A stretch of DNA of 64,000 nt, from NCBI RefSeq assembly GCF_044647545.1, contig NZ_CP172818.1; one strand, given 5' to 3'. Source of the DNA: Escherichia coli (GTDB lineage Bacteria; Pseudomonadota; Gammaproteobacteria; Enterobacterales; Enterobacteriaceae). Below, in pieces: positions 48,777 to 59,611 of this stretch. How positions within the stretch are numbered: position 1 is the stretch's first letter; each line of letters opens with the position of its first letter. The position numbers were made by a program, and so were the translations under genes. Under the pieces are notes generated by a model. The model ran no database searches. It had not been told where the DNA came from and was given only the letters and a program-made list of their open reading frames with translations.

Positions 48777-49508
48777 ATGCGTATCCCCCGCATTTATCAT
48801 CCTGAACCACTGACCAGCCATTCTCACATCGCGCTTTGCGAAGATGCCGCCAACCATATCGGGCGCGTACTGCGCATGGGGCCGGGGCAGGCGTTGCAAT
48901 TGTTTGACGGCAGCAACCAGGTCTTTGACGCCGAAATTACCAGCGCCAGCAAAAAAAGCGTGGAAGTGAAGGTGCTGGAAGGCCAACTCGACGATCGTGA
49001 ATCTCCGCTGCATATTCACCTCGGTCAGGTGATGTCGCGTGGCGAAAAAATGGAATTTACTATCCAGAAATCGATCGAACTCGGTGTAAGCCTCATTACG
49101 CCACTTTTTTCTGAACGCTGCGGCGTTAAACTGGATAGTGAACGTCTGAACAAGAAGCTCCAGCAGTGGCAGAAGATTGCAATTGCTGCCTGTGAGCAGT
49201 GTGGTCGTAACCGGGTGCCGGAAATCCGTCCAGCGATGGATCTGGAAGCCTGGTGTGCAGAGCAGGATGAAGGACTGAAACTGAATCTTCACCCGCGCGC
49301 CAGTAACAGCATCAATACGTTGCCGTTACCGGTTGAACGCGTCCGCCTGCTGATTGGCCCGGAAGGCGGTTTATCGGCAGATGAAATTGCCATGACTGCC
49401 CGCTATCAATTTACTGATATCCTGTTGGGACCTCGCGTTTTGCGTACAGAGACAACTGCGCTCACCGCCATTACCGCGCTACAAGTACGATTTGGCGATT
49501 TGGGCTAA
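48777..49508 (+). CDS. rsmE: 16S rRNA (uracil1498-N3)-methyltransferase
   Basis: 243-aa product [37 protein letters not shown]... Confidence 0.9.
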   Translation: MRIPRIYHPEPLTSHSHIALCEDAANHIGRVLRMGPGQALQLFDGSNQVFDAEITSASKKSVEVKVLEGQLDDRESPLHIHLGQVMSRGEKMEFTIQKSIELGVSLITPLFSERCGVKLDSERLNKKLQQWQKIAIAACEQCGRNRVPEIRPAMDLEAWCAEQDEGLKLNLHPRASNSINTLPLPVERVRLLIGPEGGLSADEIAMTARYQFTDILLGPRVLRTETTALTAITALQVRFGDLG

Positions 49509-49520
49509 CGGAGAAGAATA

Positions 49521-50471
49521 ATGATCAAGCTCGGCATCGTGATGGACCCCATCGCAAACATCAACATCAAGAAAGATTCCAGTTTCGCTATGTTGCTGGA
49601 AGCACAGCGTCGTGGTTACGAACTTCACTATATGGAGATGGGCGATCTGTATCTGATCAATGGCGAAGCCCGCGCCCATACCCGCACGCTGAACGTGAAG
49701 CAGAACTACGAAGAGTGGTTTTCGTTCGTCGGTGAACAGGATCTGCCGCTGGCCGATCTCGATGTGATCCTGATGCGTAAAGACCCGCCGTTTGATACCG
49801 AGTTTATCTACGCGACCTATATTCTGGAACGTGCCGAAGAGAAAGGGACGCTGATCGTTAACAAGCCGCAGAGCCTGCGCGACTGTAACGAGAAACTGTT
49901 TACTGCCTGGTTCTCTGACTTAACGCCAGAAACGCTGGTTACGCGCAATAAAGCGCAGCTAAAAGCGTTCTGGCAGAAACACGGCGACATCATTCTTAAG
50001 CCACTGGACGGTATGGGCGGCGCGTCGATTTTCCGCGTGAAAGAAGGCGATCCAAACCTCGGCGTGATTGCCGAAACCCTGACTGAGCATGGCACTCGCT
50101 ACTGCATGGCGCAAAATTACCTGCCAGCCATTAAAGATGGCGACAAACGCGTGCTGGTAGTGGATGGCGAGCCGGTGCCGTATTGCCTGGCGCGTATTCC
50201 GCAGGGGGGCGAAACCCGTGGCAATCTGGCTGCCGGTGGTCGCGGTGAACCTCGTCCGCTGACGGAAAGTGACTGGAAAATCGCCCGTCAGATTGGGCCG
50301 ACGCTGAAAGAAAAAGGGCTGATTTTTGTTGGTCTGGATATCATCGGCGACCGTCTGACTGAAATTAACGTCACCAGCCCAACCTGTATTCGTGAGATTG
50401 AAGCAGAGTTTCCGGTGTCGATCACCGGAATGTTAATGGATGCCATCGAAGCACGTTTACAGCAGCAGTAA
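49521..50471 (+). CDS. gshB: Glutathione synthetase
   Basis: 316-aa product MIKLGIVMDPIANINIKKDSSFAMLLEAQRRGYELHYMEMGDLY... Confidence 0.95.
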   Translation: MIKLGIVMDPIANINIKKDSSFAMLLEAQRRGYELHYMEMGDLYLINGEARAHTRTLNVKQNYEEWFSFVGEQDLPLADLDVILMRKDPPFDTEFIYATYILERAEEKGTLIVNKPQSLRDCNEKLFTAWFSDLTPETLVTRNKAQLKAFWQKHGDIILKPLDGMGGASIFRVKEGDPNLGVIAETLTEHGTRYCMAQNYLPAIKDGDKRVLVVDGEPVPYCLARIPQGGETRGNLAAGGRGEPRPLTESDWKIARQIGPTLKEKGLIFVGLDIIGDRLTEINVTSPTCIREIEAEFPVSITGMLMDAIEARLQQQ

Positions 50472-50579
50472 CCCACCTTAGCGAGAAGGATCTCGTTGAG
50501 ACTCTGAGTGACAGCGCCCTTCTTTCCACGCATACTGGGCGCTGTTGCTTTTTTGAACCAGGAAACAGAACCTCTGACA

Positions 50580-51143
50580 ATGAATTTACAGCATCACTTT
50601 CTTATTGCCATGCCTGCTCTCCAGGATCCGATTTTCCGTCGTTCCGTGGTCTACATTTGCGAACATAATACCAATGGTGCAATGGGGATCATCGTCAACA
50701 AGCCGCTGGAAAATCTCAAAATTGAAGGGATTCTGGAAAAGCTGAAGATCACGCCGGAGCCGCGTGATGAATCAATCCGTCTGGATAAACCGGTTATGCT
50801 CGGCGGTCCGCTGGCTGAAGATCGCGGGTTTATTTTGCATACTCCGCCCTCCAATTTTGCTTCCAGCATTCGCATTTCAGACAACACGGTGATGACCACT
50901 TCCCGCGATGTGCTGGAAACGCTCGGCACCGATAAACAACCGTCTGACGTATTGGTGGCTCTGGGTTATGCCTCCTGGGAGAAAGGTCAACTGGAACAAG
51001 AAATTCTCGATAACGCGTGGCTAACGGCCCCGGCAGATCTGAATATTCTGTTCAAAACGCCGATTGCCGACCGCTGGCGCGAGGCGGCAAAACTGATTGG
51101 TGTGGATATTCTCACCATGCCTGGTGTGGCAGGACACGCCTGA
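50580..51143 (+). CDS. yqgE: UPF0301 family protein YqgE
   Basis: 187-aa product [29 protein letters not shown]... Confidence 0.85.
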
Positions 51144-51559
51144 TGAGTGGAACCTTACTCGCCTTCGACTTCGGTACCAAAAGCATTGGTGTAGCGGTCG
51201 GCCAACGCATTACCGGCACCGCTCGCCCATTGCCTGCAATTAAAGCACAGGACGGTACGCCGGACTGGAATCTCATCGAACGTTTACTGAAAGAGTGGCA
51301 GCCGGACGAAATCATCGTTGGTTTGCCGCTGAATATGGATGGCACCGAGCAACCATTGACTGCCAGAGCCCGTAAATTTGCCAACCGTATTCATGGCCGT
51401 TTCGGTGTTGAAGTAAAGCTCCATGACGAGCGTCTTAGCACCGTGGAGGCACGTTCCGGTCTGTTTGAACAGGGCGGCTATCGGGCGCTCAACAAAGGCA
51501 AAGTTGACTCTGCCTCTGCGGTTATTATTCTCGAAAGCTATTTCGAGCAGGGATATTAA
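51143..51559 (+). CDS. ruvX: RuvC-like pre-16S rRNA nuclease / putative Holliday junction resolvase
   Basis: 138-aa product [30 protein letters not shown]...; start overlaps yqgE stop. Confidence 0.9.
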
Positions 51560-51564
51560 GGCGA

Positions 51565-51770
51565 TTTAAAAGCCTGGCGGATAGTCGTACCATCCCGCCA
51601 TCTTGCCGGATGCGGCGTGAACGCCTTATCCAGCACACATCTGGCAGCGGCTGTAGGTCTGATAAGACGCGTTAGCGTCGCATCAGACGTTTATTGCCGG
51701 GTGCTGCGTTTGTATGCCTGATAAGCGTAGCGCATCAGGCATATTTACTAAACTAATCAATCACTTTAGC
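51565..51770. repeat. REP/BIME cluster
   Basis: Palindromic units gccggatgcggcgtgaacgccttatccagc and gcctgataagcgtagcgcatcaggc. Confidence 0.8.
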
Positions 51771-51771
51771 C

Positions 51772-52752
51772 TCACAAACGTCCTTCCCCCACCCGCTGCT
51801 GATAACTCTGCTGAAACGTTAACATCCCCACCTGCTGCCCGGTTTGAATAACATGCGGCAACTGGTGGGTTTTCCCTTCGCGAATCAAATTCCCCACCGC
51901 GGGAGTGTTAATCAGTAATTCAAACAGCGCCACGCGTCCTTCCTGTTTATCCACTTCCAGCTTTTGTGACAGCACTGCCCGTAAACTACCCGCCAGTTGA
52001 TTACGTACGGGATCTTTTTCCTGCGCCGGAAATGAATCCACCAGTCGCTCAACTGCCTGCGCGGCACCACGCGTATGTAAAGTTGCCAGCACCAGGTGTC
52101 CGGTTTCTGCTGCCGTCAGCGCCAGACGGATTGTCTCGCTGTCACGCAGCTCTCCGAGCAAAATCACATCGGGATCTTCCCGCAATGCGGCCCGCAATCC
52201 CGATGCGAACGTCATACAGTGCAAACCAATCTCCCGCTGCTGGATCAAACATCGCTGGCTGGCATAGAGATATTCCACAGGATCTTCCAGCGTCAGAATA
52301 TGCGCATCGGCATGTTGATTGAGATAGCCAACCATCGCCGCCAGCGTGGTAGATTTGCCGCTCCCCGTCGCCCCCGTCACCAGAATCAGGCCATTCTCGC
52401 TCTTGAGTAATTCCGGCAATACCGGTGGCGCACCAAGCTGTTCGAGCTGTGGACAGTGCGAAGGTAACAACCGTAATGCCAGAGAAATACCTTGCCGTTG
52501 CGCGAACGCACTGCCACGCAACCGCTGATTTTCCGCCAGCGACACAGCAAAATCCAGCTGACCATTCTCCAGCAATATTGCCCGCTGATCGTCATCCAGC
52601 CACTCCCGCAGTAGCTCTTCGACGCCCGGCGCATCAAACGGCGCAGCTTCCATTCGCCCGCGAATACGCCATCGTGCGGGCCAGGCGCTGCACAGGTGTA
52701 GATCCGAGACGTTATGCTTTACACTAAGGGCCACAATTTCTTCCATATTCAT
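51772..52752 (-). CDS. yggR: PilT-like type IV pilus retraction ATPase homologue
   Basis: 326-aa product MNMEEIVALSVKHNVSDLHL... with Walker A GATGSGKST. Confidence 0.85.
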   Translation of the reverse strand: MNMEEIVALSVKHNVSDLHLCSAWPARWRIRGRMEAAPFDAPGVEELLREWLDDDQRAILLENGQLDFAVSLAENQRLRGSAFAQRQGISLALRLLPSHCPQLEQLGAPPVLPELLKSENGLILVTGATGSGKSTTLAAMVGYLNQHADAHILTLEDPVEYLYASQRCLIQQREIGLHCMTFASGLRAALREDPDVILLGELRDSETIRLALTAAETGHLVLATLHTRGAAQAVERLVDSFPAQEKDPVRNQLAGSLRAVLSQKLEVDKQEGRVALFELLINTPAVGNLIREGKTHQLPHVIQTGQQVGMLTFQQSYQQRVGEGRL

Positions 52753-52769
52753 ACTAAGATCCTCGGAAA

Positions 52770-53474
52770 ATGAACGATATTGCGCATAACCTGGCACAGG
52801 TCCGGGACAAAATCTCAGCGGCTGCAACGCGTTGCGGCCGTTCTCCAGAAGAAATTACGCTGCTTGCAGTCAGTAAAACAAAACCTGCGAGCGCCATCGC
52901 AGAAGCCATTGATGCCGGGCAGCGTCAATTTGGTGAAAACTACGTTCAGGAAGGGGTAGATAAAATTCGCCACTTTCAGGAACTGGGCGTAACAGGATTA
53001 GAATGGCATTTTATTGGCCCGTTGCAGTCTAATAAAAGCCGCCTGGTGGCAGAGCATTTCGACTGGTGTCATACCATCGACCGTTTGCGCATTGCTACCC
53101 GCCTCAACGATCAGCGCCCGGCAGAACTTTCCCCTCTTAACGTACTGATTCAAATTAATATTAGTGATGAAAACAGTAAGTCCGGGATTCAACTGGCAGA
53201 ACTGGACGAGCTGGCAGCTGCGGTCGCTGAACTACCGCGTTTACGTCTGCGCGGGCTGATGGCAATCCCTGCGCCTGAGTCAGAATATGTAAGGCAGTTT
53301 GAAGTTGCACGCCAAATGGCTGTAGCATTTGCCGGACTGAAAACGCGCTACCCGCATATCGACACGCTCTCTCTGGGAATGTCGGACGATATGGAAGCCG
53401 CCATTGCGGCAGGTAGCACGATGGTTCGTATCGGCACTGCAATTTTTGGTGCGCGTGATTACTCTAAAAAATAA
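52770..53474 (+). CDS. yggS: PLP homeostasis protein (YggS/PLPBP family)
   Basis: 234-aa product MNDIAHNLAQVRDKISAAATRCGRSPEEITLLAVSKTKP... Confidence 0.9.
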   Translation: MNDIAHNLAQVRDKISAAATRCGRSPEEITLLAVSKTKPASAIAEAIDAGQRQFGENYVQEGVDKIRHFQELGVTGLEWHFIGPLQSNKSRLVAEHFDWCHTIDRLRIATRLNDQRPAELSPLNVLIQINISDENSKSGIQLAELDELAAAVAELPRLRLRGLMAIPAPESEYVRQFEVARQMAVAFAGLKTRYPHIDTLSLGMSDDMEAAIAAGSTMVRIGTAIFGARDYSKK

Positions 53475-53491
53475 GGAATTAAAGGAACGCC

Positions 53492-54058
53492 ATGAATACG
53501 TTGACTTTCCTGCTTTCAACGGTCATTGAGCTGTATACCATGGTGCTGTTATTACGCATCTGGATGCAGTGGGCTCATTGTGATTTTTACAACCCCTTCT
53601 CACAGTTTGTGGTGAAGGTAACGCAGCCAATTATCGGGCCACTGCGCCGCGTTATTCCGGCAATGGGTCCCATTGATAGCGCCTCGCTGCTGGTTGCGTA
53701 CATTCTCAGTTTCATCAAAGCCATCGTGCTGTTTAAAGTGGTGACCTTCCTGCCAATCATCTGGATTGCCGGTTTACTGATTCTGCTGAAAACCATCGGC
53801 CTGCTGATTTTCTGGGTCCTGCTGGTGATGGCGATTATGAGCTGGGTAAGCCAGGGTCGTAGCCCGATTGAATACGTGCTGATTCAGCTGGCAGATCCGC
53901 TGCTGCGCCCGATTCGCCGCTTGCTACCGGCAATGGGTGGGATTGATTTCTCGCCGATGATCCTCGTTCTGCTGCTGTATGTCATCAATATGGGTGTCGC
54001 AGAAGTATTACAGGCAACCGGAAACATGCTGCTGCCGGGGCTGTGGATGGCGTTATGA
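53492..54058 (+). CDS. yggT: YggT family integral membrane protein
   Basis: 188-aa hydrophobic product. Confidence 0.85.
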
Positions 54059-54345
54059 GTGCCGTAACAGTTAATGATGACGGTCTGGTTTTACGGCTCT
54101 ATATTCAGCCGAAAGCCAGCCGTGATTCTATTGTCGGTTTACATGGCGACGAGGTAAAAGTCGCCATTACCGCGCCGCCGGTTGACGGCCAGGCCAACAG
54201 CCATCTGGTGAAGTTTCTCGGTAAGCAATTCCGGGTTGCCAAAAGCCAGGTGGTGATTGAAAAAGGCGAACTTGGCCGCCACAAACAAATTAAAATCATT
54301 AATCCGCAACAAATCCCGCCAGAAATCGCGGCGTTAATTAATTAG
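54055..54345 (+). CDS. yggU: DUF167 family protein YggU
   Basis: 96-aa product [36 protein letters not shown]... Confidence 0.85.
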
Positions 54346-54352
54346 GTATCAT

Positions 54353-54946
54353 ATGCAAAAAGTTGTCCTCGCAACCGGCAATGCCGGTAAAGTGCGTGAG
54401 CTGGCGTCGCTGCTTAGCGACTTCGGTCTTGATATCGTGGCCCAAACAGACCTCGGCGTAGATTCCGCTGAAGAAACCGGCCTGACCTTTATTGAAAACG
54501 CGATTCTGAAAGCGCGCCATGCGGCAAAAGTGACCGGTTTACCGGCAATTGCCGACGACTCCGGTCTGGCGGTAGATGCGCTGGGTGGCGCGCCGGGTAT
54601 TTACTCCGCGCGTTATTCCGGTGAAGACGCGACCGATCAAAAGAATCTGCAAAAACTGCTGGAAACGATGAAAGACGTACCGGACGACCAACGTCAGGCG
54701 CGTTTCCACTGCGTGCTGGTATATCTGCGTCACGCGGAAGATCCCACTCCGCTGGTATGCCACGGTAGCTGGCCAGGCGTGATTACTCGTGAACCAGCGG
54801 GCACTGGTGGCTTTGGTTATGATCCAATCTTCTTCGTACCTTCCGAAGGGAAAACCGCTGCCGAACTGACCCGCGAAGAAAAGAGCGCCATTTCCCACCG
54901 TGGTCAGGCGTTGAAACTGCTGCTGGACGCTTTACGTAATGGTTAA
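54353..54946 (+). CDS. rdgB: dITP/XTP pyrophosphatase
   Basis: 197-aa product [21 protein letters not shown]... Confidence 0.95.
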
Positions 54947-56075
54947 ATTACCGCCGCTGAGTCTCTACATTCACATCCCGTGGTGCGTGCAGAAATGCCC
55001 GTACTGCGATTTCAACTCTCACGCGTTGAAAGGAGAAGTGCCGCACGACGATTATGTTCAGCATCTGCTTAACGATCTGGACAACGATGTGGCTTACGCT
55101 CAGGGCCGTGAAGTAAAGACAATCTTTATTGGCGGTGGTACGCCGAGCCTGCTTTCCGGCCCGGCGATGCAAACGCTGCTGGACGGCGTGCGTGCGCGTT
55201 TGCCGCTGGCAGCGGATGCAGAAATTACTATGGAAGCGAACCCTGGTACGGTAGAAGCCGATCGCTTTGTCGATTATCAGCGTGCTGGTGTGAACCGCAT
55301 CTCTATTGGTGTGCAGAGTTTTAGCGAAGAAAAGCTGAAACGACTTGGGCGCATTCATGGCCCGCAAGAAGCGAAACGAGCTGCGAAGCTGGCGAGCGGT
55401 TTAGGGTTACGTAGCTTTAACCTTGATTTGATGCATGGGCTGCCGGATCAATCACTGGAAGAGGCGCTAGGCGATCTGCGCCAGGCTATTGAACTGAATC
55501 CGCCGCATCTTTCCTGGTATCAACTGACCATCGAACCTAATACGCTGTTTGGCTCTCGCCCGCCGGTGCTGCCGGACGACGATGCGTTGTGGGATATATT
55601 CGAACAGGGGCATCAGTTATTAACCGCAGCGGGCTATCAGCAGTATGAAACATCCGCTTACGCCAAACCAGGTTATCAGTGCCAGCACAATCTCAACTAC
55701 TGGCGTTTTGGCGACTACATCGGTATTGGCTGCGGCGCGCACGGCAAAGTGACCTTCCCGGATGGGCGCATTCTGCGTACCACCAAAACGCGTCATCCGC
55801 GTGGTTTTATGCAGGGAAGATATCTGGAAAGCCAGCGTGATGTCGAAGCCGCAGATAAGCCGTTTGAGTTCTTTATGAATCGCTTCCGTCTGTTGGAAGC
55901 CGCGCCGCGCGTGGAGTTTAGCCAGTATACTGGCCTTTCTGAAGAAGTTATTCGCTCTCAGTTAGACGAGGCCATCGCTCAGGGTTATCTCACAGAATGT
56001 GCGGATTACTGGCAGATAACGGAACATGGTAAATTATTCTTAAACTCACTTCTTGAATTATTCCTCGCTGAGTAA
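54939..56075 (+). CDS. hemW: Radical SAM heme chaperone HemW
   Basis: 378-aa product with CxxxCxxC ([14 protein letters not shown]). Confidence 0.9.
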
Positions 56076-57265
56076 TCATTAATGCCGCATGCGGCGTTAA
56101 TCACTTCTATAATAAATATAATTATATATTAAACATATATTAAAATAACACAACAATAATATTCTTCAATCAAAAATAAACAAAAACACACGATGAACCG
56201 AACAACATGCAAAAACAAATCACATCTCAAAAATTTATAACACTCTTCCCCTCCAACAACGAAAACAAAGAAAAATACGTTAAAAAACAAAAAATATCGA
56301 AACAGAAAAACGAAAAAAAAATAAAGTAATGAATCACCACACGAGAACAAGAAAAAAACAACAAAATATATACTAATAACACAGTAGGAAAGGAATAAGA
56401 ATCAACAAAGAAATTTTTACCATCATCAAACGATAACAAACAACCGAAGAGGGAGATAGTTGCCACACCGACACAGAACATCTCTCCACATCACAACAAT
56501 AACAGGTAGCGGAGCACCCCCAATAACCAAAACACAGACCCATACTTGACAACCAGAACAAAAAAACACAACGACAAAAACCAAACAACGAAGAATGAAA
56601 AATGATAAAGAAGAAATTGAATAATTAACACTATCACCCCTACATCAAACTAGAAAAGAAATCGTTGTTAGATATGCGCGGTGTGGTGGTCCTGTGATGC
56701 GCGAACTAGGCGTGACGCCTTTTCTGTCGCCGTCATGCTTGCTCTGGTTGTATGCGTAGTCTGATAAGACGCTCCAAACCACAAAAGCACAGCATCCCAT
56801 TCAGACCAAAGAAGGTTATGATTGCCGGCATTTTCTACCGCTGTCAACGTCTCATCTTGTTATAACTGGATTACTGATACCGCCCTCAAACGTGTTAATT
56901 GTTTTTCCCTACACTGCGCGTTTCTAGCACGCTATTAGCGGGATATGCAAGGGACTAAGAGTCGCGGTAAAAACCGGCATATCAAACGCGGCTACCCGCT
57001 TCAGAAAAAGCAACCTCCAGGCCTAAAGCGTTCGACCTACCAAGTTCTCGTCAAGGCGGCATCGGCGGCATTTTACGCAACGAAGGCCGATCTTCACAAT
57101 TATGATTACCGGGAATAAAATCGCGATTTACCCAAACGATCGAACGGTTACAAATAATTCGCACCGCAAACCAACAATCCAAAAACTAGGATTCAAACCC
57201 ACCAAATAAAAAAAAAAAAAAAAAGGAAAAACAAAAAAAAAAACAACAAAAAAAAAAAAAAGAAA
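56076..57265. other. ~1.2 kb non-coding segment of aberrant composition: A/C-rich block (~56100-56640), ORF-free block with REP-like fragment (~56640-57180), A-rich tail (57181-57265)
   Basis: Strong strand-asymmetric A+C bias with very little G/T in the first block; runs A17, A11, A14 abutting yggM stop; only low-complexity ORFs in the track; hemW-yggM spacer is <100 bp in K-12 as I recall. Confidence 0.5.
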
Positions 57266-58273
57266 TTACTTAATCACACCATTGCGCCGCAATTGTTCGG
57301 TATCTTTTTTCCAGCGTTCATTAGCCTGGTTGATATCGTCAATTTTCATCAAAATCGTGACTTTTTTACTGTTTATTTCTGAAACTTTCATCGTTAACGG
57401 ATATTGCCCTTTTTCGAGCGTTATCCAGTCATCCTGCAATTTACGGCTAAGTTTTTGTGATTGCAGGAAAGTCTGTCGCCGTTGTTCGTTGATATCGAAA
57501 TCTCGCTTCTGCTGAATCGGCACTTCATAACACTCTTCACTCTGTTTATGACATGCCGCAATCGCCGGTTGATAAACCTCTTTGTCATATTTAACCGCGA
57601 ACGCCTCGCTATCGTTCTGTTTATTAAACTCATCACGCTGTTGGTGAATTTTTTTAAAGGCGTCTTCGCGGGTCATTTGCTTACCATTTGCATCTTTTCC
57701 CCAATATGCATCCGCTGCTTTCTGCGCCGCCACCATTTGCTTATCAAGCGCTTTCACTTCCTTTTCCAGCGCAGGAATCGAGTTCTTCTGGGTATTCAAC
57801 GCAGTCTCAAGCTGACTAAAGCGATAATTGAAATCTTCGCTATTCACGATCAGATATTTATTATTCGTTTTGATATCGTCGACCACCCGCCCACGATCGC
57901 TGGCTGCCGCCTGAAAAGAGTAAAAGTTCACCGACCAGCCAGACGCGGGCGTTCCTTTACTGGTTAACATCGCCGAGAATTTTACCGGTTTATCTTTCGT
58001 CCAGGTCTGTTCGAGCAGTTCGTAATCTGCCAACTGACCGACCCAGGTATAGAGATCGTCACTGGAAGATACATCGCCTTCCGCTGACCAGGTGGCCTGA
58101 TTACCCTTAGCATCAAGATTTTTTAAGCTGATGGCATCAAGCTTGAGAATGCCGTGATACTGCTTTTTGAATTGATCTTTTAAGATATTTTCAGTTGGCG
58201 ATTCGCCATCTGCCCAGACATTACCAGTCATCAACATAAGCAGCGCCGTGCCAACAATCCATTGCTTTTTCAC
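57266..58273 (-). CDS. yggM: Periplasmic protein YggM
   Basis: 335-aa product with signal peptide MKKQWIVGTALLMLMTGNVWA. Confidence 0.85.
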   Translation of the reverse strand: MKKQWIVGTALLMLMTGNVWADGESPTENILKDQFKKQYHGILKLDAISLKNLDAKGNQATWSAEGDVSSSDDLYTWVGQLADYELLEQTWTKDKPVKFSAMLTSKGTPASGWSVNFYSFQAAASDRGRVVDDIKTNNKYLIVNSEDFNYRFSQLETALNTQKNSIPALEKEVKALDKQMVAAQKAADAYWGKDANGKQMTREDAFKKIHQQRDEFNKQNDSEAFAVKYDKEVYQPAIAACHKQSEECYEVPIQQKRDFDINEQRRQTFLQSQKLSRKLQDDWITLEKGQYPLTMKVSEINSKKVTILMKIDDINQANERWKKDTEQLRRNGVIK

Positions 58274-58352
58274 CCGAAAACCCTCGCGCGGAATAATTTA
58301 TTCCGGTGATTATCATCAGGGTAATGAAAATTGGCAATGGACGTAAGTCTGA

Positions 58353-58386
58353 AGTGAAAAAGCCCCGGCACGATACCGGGGCGAGG
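58353..58386 (-). terminator. Rho-independent terminator downstream of ansB
   Basis: Minus-strand hairpin gccccggtatcgtgccggggc followed by tttttcac. Confidence 0.7.
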
Positions 58387-58389
58387 TGA

Positions 58390-59436
58390 TTAGTACTGAT
58401 TGAAGATCTGCTGGATCTGCTGCGGATCTTTGGTTTGCGTCAGAGCCAGTTGCAGCAGAACGCGCGCTTTTTGCGGGTTCAACGTGCCAGAGGCGACGAA
58501 GCCGTATTTCGCATCATCGACTTCGGCATCCTGAGTGGTAGCGCCCGTCGGTACGCGGGAAGAACGCACGACTGCAGTGCCGTTTTTCGCGGCGGTCGCC
58601 AGAGTGTCAAATACGGATTTATACAGGTTACCGTTACCCACACCAGCGCTAACAATGCCATCATAGCCCGCATCTACCAGTGCTTTAGCCGGAAGATCGG
58701 ATGCGTTAGCGTAGTTATAAACAATGCCGACTTTCGGCAGTTCATTCAGTTTAGAGACATCGAACGGCGTGTCGCTGGTGTGCTTACGTGCCGGGGTACG
58801 TTGGTAGTCAATCTTACCGTTGTGAATGTAACCCAGAGGACCGTAGTTAACAGACTTGAAGGTCGCTACGTCGGTGGTGTTGGTTTTAGTGACATCACGG
58901 CCATCAAGCACGGTGTCGTTCATCACTACCAGTACGCCACGATTAGCGGAGGCTTTATCAGCTGCGGTCACTACCGCGTTATACAGGTTGAATGGACCGT
59001 CTGCGCTCATGGACGTGGACGGGCGCATTGCACCGACCATCACCACCGGTTTGTCGCATTTTACCGTCAGGTCGAGGAAGTAAGCGGTTTCTTCCATCGT
59101 GTCGGTACCGTGGGTAATGACGAAGCCGTCGGTTTTATCGCAGTCGGTGTTAATTTTTTTCGCCAGTGTCAGCCAGACATTATCGTTCATGTCCTGGGAG
59201 CCGATATTCACTACCTGCTCGCCTTTAACGTTCGCAATGTCCTTCAGTTGCGGCACCGCATTAACCAGATTTTCTACGCCAACTTTACCCGCTGTGTAGT
59301 TAGATTTGGTTGCGGAGTCACCACCACCGGCAATGGTCCCGCCGGTTGCTAAAATGGTGATATTGGGTAATGCCAATGCTGCACCACTAAAACCCATAAC
59401 CAGTGCGGCAAGTGCCGTCTTTTTGAAAAACTCCAT
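58390..59436 (-). CDS. ansB: Periplasmic L-asparaginase II
   Basis: 348-aa product MEFFKKTALAALVMGFSGAALALPNITILATGGTIAGGG... Confidence 0.95.
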   Translation of the reverse strand: MEFFKKTALAALVMGFSGAALALPNITILATGGTIAGGGDSATKSNYTAGKVGVENLVNAVPQLKDIANVKGEQVVNIGSQDMNDNVWLTLAKKINTDCDKTDGFVITHGTDTMEETAYFLDLTVKCDKPVVMVGAMRPSTSMSADGPFNLYNAVVTAADKASANRGVLVVMNDTVLDGRDVTKTNTTDVATFKSVNYGPLGYIHNGKIDYQRTPARKHTSDTPFDVSKLNELPKVGIVYNYANASDLPAKALVDAGYDGIVSAGVGNGNLYKSVFDTLATAAKNGTAVVRSSRVPTGATTQDAEVDDAKYGFVASGTLNPQKARVLLQLALTQTKDPQQIQQIFNQY

Positions 59437-59611
59437 TTCATTCCTCCAGTTACGTGAACGCTACGCATTATCCCTTAGCTTTGTATGGGAAATTTGACGT
59501 TAAACAATTTACAACGTGAATATATTTTGGAGATCTACAAAGTTAGAGGCAGGTAACAAAACGAAGAATTAAACGGCATAAAAAAGTATTATGCCGTCTT
59601 AAAATAGAGGA

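Noticed and set aside
51565-51770. Palindromic repeats considered as a possible CRISPR array (also 60340-60510)
   Set aside because: Units are imperfect palindromes matching REP/BIME elements, lack regular spacer architecture, and no cas genes are nearby.
56129-56588. Three overlapping minus-strand ORFs (71-84 aa) inside the A/C-rich block
   Set aside because: Products are Phe/Val/Cys-rich low-complexity translations of a G/T-rich strand; an artefact of skewed composition, not genes.
56076-57265. Possibility that the A/C-rich block is an rRNA, tRNA, CRISPR array or prophage remnant
   Set aside because: No repeat-spacer periodicity, no tRNA cloverleaf-like segments, no integrase or phage ORFs, and composition unlike rRNA; unexplained rather than assignable.
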